NCBI GenBank assembly: GCA_964247055.1
Contig: OZ176053.1
Coordinates: forward strand, 12,958,001 to 13,022,000
Direction of reading: 5' to 3'
Origin: Paragordius varius
Lineage: Eukaryota; Animalia; Nematomorpha
DNA: 64,000 nt
This document shows, in pieces, positions 37,700-53,200 of this stretch (the stretch's first letter is position 1; the number at the start of each line of letters is the position of its first letter). Made by a program: the position numbers and the translations under genes. The notes under the pieces were generated by a model. That model did no database searches and was not told the origin of the DNA. It worked only from the letters and a program-made list of their open reading frames with translations.

Positions 37700-40600
37700 T
37701 ATAGAGATAGTTTGATAAACTCTTTCATATCCGATTTTTACAACGATACTTTAAAAATTAATGTATTAAACTAGTCGCATCAATACTCAAGTTAAACTTT
37801 ATCCGTAAAAATCGGATATTGGTCACCGGTGAACAAAATAATTTTTTATACATTCTCTTAGTAAGACTACATCAAAATATAGAGATAGTTTGACAAACTC
37901 TTTCATATCCGATTTTTACAACGATACTTTAAAAATTAATGAATTAAACTAGTCGCATCAATACTCAAGTTAAACTTTGTCCTTAAAAATCGGATATAGA
38001 TCACCGGTAAACAAAATAATTTTTTATACATTCTCTTAGTAAGACTCCATCAAAATATAGAAATAGTTTGACAAACTCTTTCATATCCGATTTTTACAAC
38101 GATACTTTATAAATTATATTAAACTAGTGGCATCAATACTCAAATTAAACTTTGTCCTTAAAAATCGGATATTGGTCACCGGTGAACAAAATTATTTTTT
38201 ATATATTCTCTTAGTAACACTCCATCAAAATATAGAAATAGTTTGACAAACTCTTTCATATCCGATTTTTACAACGATACTTTAAAAATTAATGTATAAA
38301 ACTAGTCGCATCAATACTCAAGTTAAACTTTGTCCTAAAAAATCGGATATTGGTCACCGGTGAACAAAACTATTTTTTATACATTCTTTTAGTAAGACTA
38401 CATCAAAATATAGAGATAGTTTGATAAACTCTTTCATATCCGATTTTTACAACGATACTTTAAAAATTAATGTAAAAAACTAGTCGCATAAATATTCAAG
38501 TTAAACTTTATCCTAAAAAATCGGATATTGGTCACCGGTGAACAAAACTATTTTTTATACATTCTTTTAGTAAGACTACATCAAAATATAGAGATAGTTT
38601 GATAAACTCTTTCATATCCGATTTTTACAACGATACTTTAAAAATTAATGTAAAAAACTAGTCGCATAAATATTCAAGTTAAACTTTGTCCTAAAAAATC
38701 GGATATTGGTCACCGGTGAACAAAACTATTTTTTATACATTCTCTTGGAAAGACTACATCAAAATATAGAGATAGTTTGACAAACTCTTTCATATCCGAT
38801 TTTTACAACGATACTTTAAAAATTAATGTATAAAACTAGTCGCATAAATATTCAAGTTAAACTTTGTCCTAAAAAATCGGATATTGGTCACCGGTGAACA
38901 AAACTATTTTTTATACATTCTTTTAGTAAGACTACATCAAAAAATAGAGATAGTTTGATAAACTCTTTCATATCCGATTTTTACAACGATACTTTAAAAA
39001 TTAATGTATAAAACTAGTCGCATCAATACTCAAGTTAAACTTTGTCCCAAAAAATCGGATATTGGTCACCGGTGAACAAAACTATTTTTTATACATTCTT
39101 TTAGTATGACTACATCAAAATATAGAGATAGTTTGATAAACTCTTTCATATCCGATTTTTACAACGATACTTTTAAAAATCAATGTATAAAACTAATCGC
39201 ATCAATACTCAATTTAAACTTTGTCCTTAAAAATCGGATATTAGTCGCCGGTAAAGAAAATAATTTTGTATACATTCTCTTAATAGGACTACATCAAAAT
39301 ATAGAGATAGTTTGACAAACTCTTTCATATCCGATTTTTACAACGATACTTTAAAAATTAATGTATAAAACTAGTCGCATCAATTCTCAAGTTAAACTTT
39401 GTCCTTAAAAATCGAATATTGGTCACCAATGAACAAAATTATTTTTAATACATTTTCTTAGCAAGACTACATCAAAATATAGAGATAGTTTGACAAACTC
39501 TTTCATATCCGATTTTTACAACGATACTTTAAAAATTAATGTATAAAACTAGTCGCATCAATACTAAAGTAAAACTTTATCATTAATCGGATATTGGTCA
39601 CCGGTGAACAAAATTATTTTTTATACATTCTCTTAGTAACACTCCATCAAAATATAGAAATAGTTTTACAAACTCTTTCATATCCGATTTTTACAACGAT
39701 ACTTTAAAAATTAATGTATTAAACTAGTCGCATCAATACTCAAGTTAAACTTTATCCGTAAAAATCGGATATTGGTCACCGGTGAACAAAATAATTTTTT
39801 ATACATTCTCTTAGTAAGACTACATCAAAATATAGAGATAGTTTGACAAACTCTTTCATATCCGATTTTTACAACGATACTTTAAAAATTAATGAATTAA
39901 ACTAGTCGCATCAATACTCAAGTTAAACTTTGTCCTAAAAAATCGGATATTGGTCACCGGTGAACAAAACTATTTTTTATACATTCTTTTAGTAAGACTA
40001 CATCAAAATATAGAGATAGTTTGATAAACTCTTTCATATCCGATTTTTACAACGATACTTTAAAAATTAATGTATTAAACTAGTCGCATCAATACTCAAG
40101 TTAAACTTTATCCGTAAAAATCGGATATTGGTCACCGGTGAACAAAATAATTTTTTATACATTCTCTTAGTAAGACTACATCAAAATATAGAGATAGTTT
40201 GACAAACTCTTTCATATCCGATTTTTACAACGATACTTTAAAAATTAATGAATTAAACTAGTCGCATCAATACTCAAGTTAAACTTTGTCCTTAAAAATC
40301 GGATATAGATCACCGGTAAACAAAATAATTTTTTATACATTCTCTTAGTAAGACTCCATCAAAATATAGAAATAGTTTGACAAACTCTTTCATATCCGAT
40401 TTTTACAACGATACTTTATAAATTATATTAAACTAGTGGCATCAATACTCAAATTAAACTTTGTCCTTAAAAATCGGATATTGGTCACCGGTGAACAAAA
40501 TTATTTTTTATATATTCTCTTAGTAACACTCCATCAAAATATAGAAATAGTTTGACAAACTCTTTCATATCCGATTTTTACAACGATACTTTAAAAATTA

Positions 40601-42300
40601 ATGTATAAAACTAGTCGCATCAATACTCAAGTTAAACTTTGTCCTAAAAAATCGGATATTGGTCACCGGTGAACAAAACTATTTTTTATACATTCTTTTA
40701 GTAAGACTACATCAAAATATAGAGATAGTTTGATAAACTCTTTCATATCCGATTTTTACAACGATACTTTAAAAATTAATGTAAAAAACTAGTCGCATAA
40801 ATATTCAAGTTAAACTTTATCCTAAAAAATCGGATATTGGTCACCGGTGAACAAAACTATTTTTTATACATTCTTTTAGTAAGACTACATCAAAATATAG
40901 AGATAGTTTGATAAACTCTTTCATATCCGATTTTTACAACGATACTTTAAAAATTAATGTAAAAAACTAGTCGCATAAATATTCAAGTTAAACTTTGTCC
41001 TAAAAAATCGGATATTGGTCACCGGTGAACAAAACTATTTTTTATACATTCTCTTGGAAAGACTACATCAAAATATAGAGATAGTTTGACAAACTCTTTC
41101 ATATCCGATTTTTACAACGATACTTTAAAAATTAATGTATAAAACTAGTCGCATAAATATTCAAGTTAAACTTTGTCCTAAAAAATCGGATATTGGTCAC
41201 CGGTGAACAAAACTATTTTTTATACATTCTTTTAGTAAGACTACATCAAAATATAGAGATAGTTTGATAAACTCTTTCATATCCGATTTTTACAACGATA
41301 CTTTAAAAATTAATGTATAAAACTAGTCGCATCAATACTCAAGTTAAACTTTGTCCCAAAAAATCGGATATTGGTCACCGGTGAACAAAACTATTTTTTA
41401 TACATTCTTTTAGTATGACTACATCAAAATATAGAGATAGTTTGATAAACTCTTTCATATCCGATTTTTACAACGATACTTTTAAAAATCAATGTATAAA
41501 ACTAATCGCATCAATACTCAATTTAAACTTTGTCCTTAAAAATCGGATATTAGTCGCCGGTAAAGAAAATAATTTTGTATACATTCTATTAATAGGACTA
41601 CATCAAAATATAGAGATAGTTTGACAAACTCTTTCATATCCGATTTTTACAACGATACTTTAAAAATTAATGTATAAAACTAGTCGCATCAATTCTCAAG
41701 TTAAACTTTGTCCTTAAAAATCGAATATTGGTCACCAATGAACAAAATTATTTTTAATACATTTTCTTAGCAAGACTACATCAAAATATAGAGATAGTTT
41801 GACAAACTCTTTCATATCCGATTTTTACAACGATACTTTAAAAATTAATGTATAAAACTAGTCGCATCAATACTAAAGTAAAACTTTATCATTAATCGGA
41901 TATTGGTCACCGGTGAACAAAATTATTTTTTATACATTCTCTTAGTAACACTCCATCAAAATATAGAAATAGTTTTACAAACTCTTTCATATCCGATTTT
42001 TACAACGATACTTTAAAAATTAATGTATTAAACTAGTCGCATCAATACTCAAGTTAAACTTTATCCGTAAAAATCGGATATTGGTCACCGGTGAACAAAA
42101 TAATTTTTTATACATTCTCTTAGTAAGACTACATCAAAATATAGAGATAGTTTGACAAACTCTTTCATATCCGATTTTTACAACGATACTTTAAAAATTA
42201 ATGAATTAAACTAGTCGCATCAATACTCAAGTTAAACTTTGTCCTTAAAAATCGGATATAGGTCACCGGTAAACAAAATAATTTTTTATACATTCTCTTA
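37700..42300 (-). repeat. 13-mer higher-order repeat, period 2309 bp, two copies (ends approximate)
   Basis: GGATATAGATCACCGGTAAA at 37992/40301. Identical spurious ORFs at 39106/41415. A few SNPs separate the copies (CTCTTAATAGG vs CTATTAATAGG; AAAAAATAGAG vs AAAATATAGAG). Confidence 0.88.
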
Positions 42301-45300
42301 GTAAGACTCCATCAAAATATAGAAATAGTTTGACAAACTCTTTCATATCCGATTTTTACAACGATACTTTATAAATTATATTAAACTAGTGGCATCAATA
42401 CTCAAATTAAACTTTGTCCTTAAAAATCGGATATTGGTCACCGGTGAACAAAATTATTTTTTATATATTCTCTTAGCAAGACTACATTAAAATATAGAGA
42501 TAGTTTGACAAACTCTTTCATATCCGATTTTCACAACGATACTTAAAAAATTAATGTATTAAACTAGTCGCATCAATACTCAAGTTAAACTTTGTCCTTA
42601 AAAATCGGATATAGGTCACCGGTAAACAAAATAATTTTTTATACATTCTCTTAGCAAGACTACATCAATATATAGAGATAGTTTGACAAACTCTTTCATA
42701 TCCGATTTTTACAATGATACTTTATAAATTAATGTTATCAATAAGTCGCATCAATACTCAAGTTAAACTTTGTCCTTAAAAATCGGATATTGGTCACCGG
42801 TGAACAAAATTATTTTTTATACATTCTCTTGGCAAGACTACATCAAAATATAGAGATAGCTTGACAAACTCTTTCATATCCGATTTTTACAACGATACTT
42901 TAAAAATTAATGTATAAAACTAGTCGCATTAATACTCAAGTTAAACTTTGTCCTTAATAATCGAATATTTGACACCGGTGAACAAAATTATTTTTCATAC
43001 ATTCTCTTAGTAAGACTACATCAAAATATAGAGTTAGTTTGACAAACTCTTTTATATCCGATTTTTACAACGATACTTTAAAAATTAATGTGTTAAACTA
43101 GTGGCATCAATACTCAAGTTAAACTTTGTCCTTAAAAATCGGATATTGGTCACCGGTGAACATAATTATTTTTTATACATTCTCTTAGTAACTACATCAA
43201 AATATAGAGATAGTTTGACAAACTCTTTCATATCCGATTTTTACAACAATACTTTATAAATTAATGTATAAAACTAGTCGTATCAATAAGTCGCATCAAT
43301 ACTCAAGTTAAACTTTGTCCTTAAAAATCGGATATTGGTCACCGGTGAACAAAATTATTTTTTATACATTCTCTTGGCAAGACTACATCAAAATATAGAA
43401 ATAGTTTGACAAACTCTTTCATATCCGATTTTTACAACGATACTTTATAAATTAATGTATAAAACTAGTCGTATCAATAAGTCGCATCAATACTCAAGTT
43501 AAACTTTGACCTTAAAAGTCGGATATTGGTCACCGGTGAACAAAATTATTTTTTATACATTCTCTTAGTAAGACTACATCAAAATATAGAAATAGTTCAA
43601 CAAACTCTTTCATATCCGATATTACAACGATACTTTAAAAATTAATGTATTAAACTAGTCGCATCAATACTCAAGTTAAATTTTGTCCTTAAAAATGGGA
43701 TATTGGTCACCGGTGAACAAAACTATTTTTTATACATTCTCTTGGTAAGACTACATCAAAATATAGAGATAGTTTGACAAACTCTTTCATATCCGATTTT
43801 TACAACGATACTTTAAAAATTAATGTATAAAACTAGTCGCATAAATATTCAAGTTAAACTTTGTCCAAAAAAATCGGATATTGGTCACCGGTGAACAAAA
43901 CTATTTTTTATACATTCTTTTAGTAAGACTAAATCAAAATATAGAGATAGTTTGATAAACTCTTTCATATCCGATTTTTACAACGATACTTTAAAAATTA
44001 ATGTATAAATCTAGTCGCATCAATACTCAAGTTAAACTTTGTCCCAAAAAATCGGATATTGGTCACCGGTGAACAAAACTATTTTTTATACATTCTTTTA
44101 GTATGACTACATCAAAATATAGAGATAGTTTGACAAACTCTTTCATATCCAATTTTTACAACGATACTTTAAAAATTATGGTATTAAACCAGTCGCATCA
44201 ATACTCAAGTTAAAAAGCCTTAAAAATCGGATATTGGTCACCGGTGAACAAAATTATTTTTTATACATTCTCTTAGTAATACTACATCAAAATATAGAAA
44301 TAGTTTGACAAACTCTTTCATATCCGATTTTTACAACGATACTTTAAAAATTAATGTATTAAACTAGTCGCATCAATACTCAAGTTAAACTTTGTCCTTA
44401 AAAATCGGATATTGGTCACCGGTAAACATGATTATTTTTTATACATTTTCTTAGCAAGACTACATCAAAATATAGAGATAGTTTGACAAACTCTTTCATA
44501 TCCGATTTTTACAACGATACTTTAAATTAATGTATAAAACTAGTCGCATCAATACTCAAGTTAAATTTTTTAAAAATGGGATATTGGTCACCGGTGAACA
44601 AAACTATTTTTTATACATTCTCTTGGAAAGACTACAACAAAATATAGAGATAGTTTGACAAACTCTTTCATATCCGATTTTTACAACGATACTTTAAAAA
44701 ATAATGTATAAAACTAGTCGCATAAATATTCAAGTTAAACTTTGTCCTAAAAAATCGGATATTGGTCACCGGTGAACAAAACTATTTTTTATACATTCTT
44801 TTAGTAAGACTACATCAAAATATAGAGATAGTTTGATAAACTCTTTCATATCCGATTTTTACAACGATACTTTAAAAATTAATGTATAAAACTAGTCGCA
44901 TCAATACTCAAGTTAAACTTTGTCCCAAAAAATCGGATATTGGTCACCGGTGAACAAAACTATTTTTTATACATTCTTTTGGTATGACTACATCAAAATA
45001 TAGAGATAGTTTGATAAACTCTTTCATATCCGATTTTGACAACGATACTTTTAAAATTAATGTATAAAACTAATAGCATCAATACTCAATTTAAACTTTG
45101 TCCTTAAAAATCGGATATTAGTCGCCGGTAAAGAAAATAATTTTGTATACATTCTCTTAATAGGACTACATCAAAATATAAAGATAGTTTGACAAACTCT
45201 TTCATATCCGATTTTTACAACGATACTTTGAAAATTAATGTATAAAACTAGTCGCATCAATACTCAAGTTAAACTTTGTCATTAAAAATCGAATATTGGT

Positions 45301-48300
45301 CACCAATGAACAAAATTATTTTTAATACATTTTCTTAGCAAGACTACATCAAAATATAGAGATAGTTTGACAAACTCTTTCATATCCGATTTTTACAACG
45401 ATACTTTAAAAATTAATGTATAAAACTAGTCGCATCAATACTAAAGTTAAACTTTATCCTTAATCGGATATTGGTCACCGGTGAACAAAATTATTTTTTA
45501 TACATTCTCTTAGTAACACTCCATCAAAATATAGAAATAGTTTGACAAACTCTTTCATATCCGATTTTTACAACGATACTTTAACAATTAATGTATTAAA
45601 CTAGTCGCATCAATACTCAAGTTAAACTTTATCCGTAAAAATCGGATATTGGTCACCGGTGAACAAAATAATTTTTTATACATTCTCTTAGTAAGACTAC
45701 ATCAAAATATAGAGATAGTTTGACAAACTCTTTCATATCCGATTTTTACAACGATACTTTAAAAATTAATGAATTAAACTAGTCGCATCAATACTCATGT
45801 TAAACTTTGTCCTTAAAAATCGGATATAGGTCACCGGTAAACAAAATAATTTTTTATATATTCTCTTAGTAAGACTCCATCAAAATATAGAAATAGTTTG
45901 ACAAACTCTTTCATATCCGATTTTTACAACGATACTTTATAAATTATATTAAACTAGTGGCATCAATACTCAAATTAAACTTTGTCCTTAAAAATCGGAT
46001 ATTGGTCACCGGTGAACAAAATTATTTTTTATATATTCTCTTAGCAAGACTACATTAAAATATAGAGATAGTTTGACAAACTCTTTCATATCCGATTTTC
46101 ACAACGATACTTAAAAAATTAATGTATTAAACTAGTCGCATCAATACTCAAGTTAAACTTTGTCCTTAAAAATCGGATATAGGTCACCGGTAAACAAAAT
46201 AATTTTTTATACATTCTCTTAGCAAGACTACATCAATATATAGAGATAGTTTGACAAACTCTTTCATATCCGATTTTTACAATGATACTTTATAAATTAA
46301 TGTTATCAATAAGTCGCATCAATACTCAAGTTAAACTTTGTCCTTAAAAATCGGATATTGGTCACCGGTGAACAAAATTATTTTTTATACATTCTCTTAG
46401 TAGGACTACATCAAAATATAGAGATTTGACAAACTCTTTCATATCCGATTTTTACAAAGATACTTTAAAAATTAATGTACCAAACTAGTCGCATCATTAT
46501 TCAAGTTAAACTTTGTCCTTAAAAATCGGATATTGGTCACCGGTGAACAAAATTATTTTTTATACATTCTCTTAGCAAGACTACATCAAAATATAGAGAT
46601 AGTTTGACAAACTCTTTCATATCCGATTATTACAACAATACTTTATAAATTAATGTATAAAACTAATCGTATCAATAAGTCGCATCAATACTCAAGTTAA
46701 ACTTTGTCCTTAAAAATCGGATATTGGTCACCGGTGAACAAAACTATTTTTATAGATTCTCTTAGTAAGACTACATGAAAATATAGAGATAGTTTGACAA
46801 ACTCTTTCATATCCGATTTTTACAACGATACTTTAAAAATTAATGTATAAAACTAGTCGCATCAATACTCAAGTTAAACTTTGTCCTTAAAAATCGGATA
46901 TAGGTCACCGGTAAACAAAATAATTTTTTATACATTCTCTTAGCAAGACTACATCAATATATAGAGATAGTTTGACAAACTCTTTCATATCCGATTTTTA
47001 CAACGATACTTTAAAAATTAATGTATAAAACTAGTCGCATTAATACTCAAGTTAAACTTTGTCCTTAATAATCGAATATTTGACAGGGGTGAACAAAATT
47101 ATTTTTCATACATTCTCTTAGTAAGACTACATCAAAATATAGAGTTAGTTTGACAAACTCTTTCATATCCGATTTTTACAACGATACTTTAAAAATTAAT
47201 GTGTTAAACTAGTGGCATCAATACTCAAGTTAAACTTTGTCCTTAAAAATCGGATTATGGTCACCGGTGAACAAAATTATTTTTTATACATTCTCTTAGT
47301 AACTACATCAAAATATAGAGATAGTTTGACAAACTCTTTCATATCCGATTTTTACAACAATACTTTATAAATTAATGTATAAAACTAGTCGTATCAATAA
47401 GTCGCATCAATACTCAAGTTAAACTTTGTCCTAAATAATCGGATATTGGTCACCGGTGAAAAAAATAATTTTTTATACATTCTCTTAGTAAGACTACATC
47501 AAAATATGATAGTTTGACAAACTCTTTCATATCCGATTTTTACAACGATACTTTAAAAATTAATGTATTAAACTAGTCGCATCAATACTCAAGTTAAACT
47601 TTTTCCTTAAAAATCGGATATTGGTCACCGGTGAACAAAATTATTTTTTATACATTCTCTTGGCAAGACTACATCAAAATATAGAGATAGTTTGACAAAC
47701 TCTTTCATATCCGATTTTTACAACGATACTTTATAAATTAATGTATAAAACTAGTCGTATCAATAAGTCGCATCAATACTCAAGTTAAACTTTGACCTTA
47801 AAAGTCGGATATTGGTCACCGGTGAACAAAATTATTTTTTATACATTCTCTTAGTAAGACTACATCAAAATATAGAAATAGTTCAACAAACTCTTTCATA
47901 TCCGATATTACAACGATACTTTAAAAATTAATGTATTAAACTAGTCGCATCAATACTCAAGTTAAATTTTGTCCTTAAAAATGGGATATTGGTCACCGGT
48001 GAACAAAACTATTTTTTATACATTCTCTTGGTAAGACTACATCAAAATATAGAGATAGTTTGACAAACTCTTTCATATCCGATTTTTACAACGATACTTT
48101 AAAAATTAATGTATAAAACTAGTCGCATAAATATTCAAGTTAAACTTTGTCCAAAAAAATCGGATATTGGTCACCGGTGAACGAAACTATTTTTTATACA
48201 TTCTTTTAGTAAGACTACATCAAAATATAGAGATAGTTTGATAAACTCTTTCATATCCGATTTTTACAACGATACTTTAAAAATTAATGTATAAAACTAG

Positions 48301-50214
48301 TCACATCAATACTCAAGTTAAACTTTGTCCCAAAAAATCGGATATTGGTCACCGGTGAACAAAACTATTTTTTATACATTCTTTTAGTATGACTACATCA
48401 AAATATAGAGATAGTTTGACAAACTCTTTCATATCCAATTTTTACAACGATACTTTAAAAATTATGGTATTAAACCAGTCGCATCAATACTTAAGTTAAA
48501 AAGCCTTAAAAATCGGATATTGGTCACCGGTGAACAAAATTATTTTTTATACATTCTCTTAGTAATACTACATCAAAATATAGAATAAGTTTGACAAACT
48601 CTTTCATTTCCGATTTTTACAACGCTACTTTAAAAATTAATGTATTAAACTAGTCGCATCAATACTCAAGTTAAACTTTGTCCTTAAAAATCGGATATTG
48701 GTCACCGGTGAACATGATTATTTTTTATACATTTTCTTAGCAAGACTACATCAAAATATAGAGATAGTTTGATAAACTCTTTCATATCCGATTTTTACAA
48801 CGATACTTTAAAAATTAATGTAAAAAACTAGTCGCATAAATATTCAAGTTAAACTTTGTCCTAAAAAATCGGATATTGGTCACCGGTGAACAAAACTATT
48901 TTGTATACATTCTCTTGGAAAGACTACATCAAAATATAGAGATAGTTTGACAAACTCTTTCATATCCGATTTTTACAACGATACTTTAAAAATTAATGTA
49001 TAAAACTAGTCGCATAAATATTCAAATTAAACTTTGTCCTAAAAAATCGGATATTGGTCACCGGTGAACAAAACTATTTTTTATACATTCTTTTAGTAAG
49101 ACTACATCAAAATATAGAGATAGTTTGATAAACTCTTTCATATCCGATTTTTACAACGATACTTTAAAAATTAATGTATAAAACTAGTCGCATCAATACT
49201 AAAGTTAAACTTTATCCTTAAAAATCGGATATTGGTCACCGGTGAACAAAATTATTTTTTATACATTCTCTTAGTAAGACTCCATCAAAATATAGAAATA
49301 GTTTGACAAACTCTTTCATATCGATTTTTACAACGATACTTTAAATTAATGTATTAAACTAGTCGCATCAATACTCAAGTTAAACTTTGTCCTAAAAAAT
49401 CGGATATTGGTCACCGGTGAACAAAACTATTTTTTATACATTCTTTTAGTAAGACTACATCAAAATATAGAGATAGTTTGATAAACTCTTTCATATCCGA
49501 TTTTTACAACGATACTTTAAAAATTAATGTATAAAACTAGTCGCATCAATACTCAAGTTAAACTTTGTCCCAAAAAATCGGATATTGGTCACCGGTGAAC
49601 AAAACTATTTTTTATACATTCTTTTAGTAAGACTACATCAAAATATAGAGATAGTTTGATAAACTCTTTCATATCCGATTTTTACAACGATACTTTTAAA
49701 ATTAATGTATAAAACTAATCGCATCAATACTCAATTTTAACTTTATCCGTAAAAATCGGATATTGGTCACCGGTGAACATGATTATTTTTTATACATTTT
49801 CTTAGCAAGACTACATCAAAATATAGAGATAGTTTGACAAACTCTTTCATATCAGATTTTTACAACGATACTTTAAATTAATGTATTAAACTAGTCGCAT
49901 CAATACTCAAGTTAAACTTTATCCGTAAAAATCGGATATTGGTCACCGGTGAACAAAATAATTTTTTATACATTCTCTTAGTAAGACTACATCAAAATAT
50001 AGAGATAGTTTGACAAACTCTTTCATATCCGATTTTTACAACGATACTTTAAAAATTAATGTATAAAACTAGTCGCATCAATACTCAATTTTAACTTTAT
50101 CCGTAAAAATCGGATATTGGTCACCGGTGAACATGATTATTTTTTATACATTTTCTTAGCAAGACTACATCAAAATATAGAGATAGTTTGACAAACTCTT
50201 TCATATCCGATTTT

Positions 50215-53200
50215 TACAACGATACTTTAAATTAATGTATTAAACTAGTCGCATCAATACTCAAGTTAAACTTTATCCGTAAAAATCGGATATTGGTCAC
50301 CGGTGAACAAAATAATTTTTTATACATTCTCTTAGTAAGACTACATCAAAATATAGAGATAGTTTCACAAACTCTTTCATATCCAATTTTTACAACGATA
50401 CTTTAAAAATTATGGTATTAAACCAGTCGCATCAATACTCAAGTTAAAAATCCTTAAAAATCGGATATTGGTCACCTTTGAACAAAATTATTTTTTATAC
50501 ATTCTCTTAGTAATACTACATCAAAATATAGAAATAGTTTGACAAACTCTTTCATATCCGATTTTTACAACGATACTTTAAAAATTAATGTATTAAACTA
50601 GTCGCATCAATACTCAAGTTAAACTTTGTCCTTAAAAATCGGATATTGGTCACCGGTGAACATGATTATTTTTTATACATTTTCTTAGCAAGACTACATC
50701 AAAATATAGAGATAGTTTGACAAACTCTTTCATATCCGATTTTTACAACGATACTTTAAATTAATGTATAAAACTAGTCGCATCAATACTCAAGTTAAAT
50801 TTTGTCCTTAAAAATGGGATATTGGTCACCGGTGAACAAAACTATTTTTTATACATTCTCTTATTAAGACTACATCAAAATATAGAGATAGTTGACCTCT
50901 TTCATATCCGATTTTTACAACGATACTTTAAAAATTAATGTATAAAACTAGTCGCATCAATATTCAAGTAAAACTTTGTCCTAAAAAATCGGATATTGGT
51001 CACCGGTGAACAAAACTATTTTTTATACATTCTTTTAGTAAGACTACATCAAAATTTAGAGATAGTTGGAAAAACTCTTTCATATCCGATTTTTACAACG
51101 ATACTTTAAAAATTAATGTATAAAACTAGTCGCATAAATACTCAAGTTAAATTTTGTCCTTAAAAATGGGATATTGGTCCCCGGTGAACAAAACTATTTT
51201 TTATACATTCTCTTGGTAAGACTACATCAAAATATAGAGATAGTTTGACAAACTCTTTCATATCCGATTTTTACAACGATACTTTAAAAAATAATATATA
51301 AAACTAGTCGCATCAATACTCAAGTTAAACTTTGTCCTAAAAAATCGGATATTGGTCGCCGGTGAACAAAACTATTTTTTATACATTCTTTTAGTAAGAC
51401 TACATCAAAATATAGAGATAGTTGGATAAACTCTTTCATATCCGATTTTTACAACGATACTTTAAAAATTAATGTATAAAACTAGTCGCATAAATACTCG
51501 AGTTAAATTTTGTCCTTAAAAATGGGATATTGGTCCCCGGTGAACAAAACTATTTTTTATACATTCTCTTGGTAAGACTACATCAAAATATAGAGATAGT
51601 TTGACAAACTCTTTCATATCCGATTTTTACAACGATACTTTAAAAATTAATGTATAAAACTAGTCGCATCAATATTCAAGTAAAACTTTGTCCTAAAAAA
51701 TCGGATATTGGTCACCGGTGAACAAAACTATTTTTTATACATTCTTTTAGTAAGACTACATCAAAATATAGAGATAGTTTGATAAACTCTTTCATATCCG
51801 ATTTTTACAACGATACTTTAAAAATTAATGTATTAAACTAGTCGCATCAATACTCAAGTTAAACTTTATCCGTAAAAATCGGATATTGGTCACCGGTGAA
51901 CAAAATAATTTTTTATACATTCTCTTAGTAAGACTACATCAAAATATAGAGATAGTTTGACAAACTCTTTCATATCCAATTTTTACAACGATACTTTAAA
52001 AATTATGGTATTAAACCAGTCGCATCAATACTCAAGTTAAAAATCCTTAAAAATCGGATATTGGTCACCGGTGAACAAAATTATTTTTTATACATTCTCT
52101 TAGTAATACTACATCAAAATATAGAAATAGTTTGACAAACTCTTTCATATCCGATTTTTACAACGATACTTTAAAAATTAATGTATTAAACTAGTCGCAT
52201 CAATACTCAAGTTAAACTTTGTCCTTAAAAATCGGATATTGGTCACCGGTGAACATGATTATTGTTTATACATTTTCTTAGCAAGACTACATCAAAATAT
52301 AGAGATAGTTTGACAAACTCTTTCATATCCGATTTTTACAACGATACATTAAATTAATGTATAAAACTAGTCGCATCAATACTCAAGTTAAATTTTGTCC
52401 TTAAAAATGGGATATTGGTCACCGGTGAACAAAACTATTTTTTATACATTCTCTTATTAAGACTACATCAAAATATAGAGATAGTTGACCTCTTTCATAT
52501 CCGATTTTTACAACGATACTTTAAAAATTAATATATAAAACTAGTCGCATCAATACTCAAGTTAAACTTTGTCCTAAAAAATCGGATATTGGTCACCGGT
52601 GAACAAAACTATTTTTTATACATTCTTTTAGTAAGACTACATCAAAATATAGAGATAATTTGATAAACTCTTTCATATCCGATTTTTACAACGATACTTT
52701 AAAAATTAATGTAAAAAACTAGTCGTATCAATAAATCGCATCAATACTCAAGTTAAACTTTGTCCTTAAAAATCGGATATTAGTCGCCGGTAAAGAAAAT
52801 AATTTTTTATACATTCTCTTAATAGGACTACATCAAAAAATAGAGATAGTTTGACAAACTCTTTCATATCCAATTTTTACAACGATACTTTAAAAATTAT
52901 GGTATTAAACCAGTCGCATCAATACTCAACTTAAACTTTGTCCTTAAAAATCGGATATTGGTCACCGGTGAACAAAACTATTTTTTATACGTTCTCTTAG
53001 TAAGACTACATCAAAATATAGAGATAGATTGACAAACTCTTTCATATCCCATTTTTACAACGATACTTTAAAAATTAATGTATAAAACTAGTCGTATCAA
53101 TAAATCGTATCAATACTCAAGTTAAACTTTGTCCTTAAAAATCGGATATTGGTCACCGGTGAACAAAATTATTTTTTATACATTCTCTTAGTAGGATTAC

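Noticed and set aside
39106-41624. Two identical 69-aa ORFs (39106-39315 and 41415-41624) as duplicated genes
   Set aside because: They are satellite sequence read on the opposite strand. A chance ATG (AGTATGACTAC) and a 1-nt indel open the frame, and they recur only because of the 2309-bp HOR.
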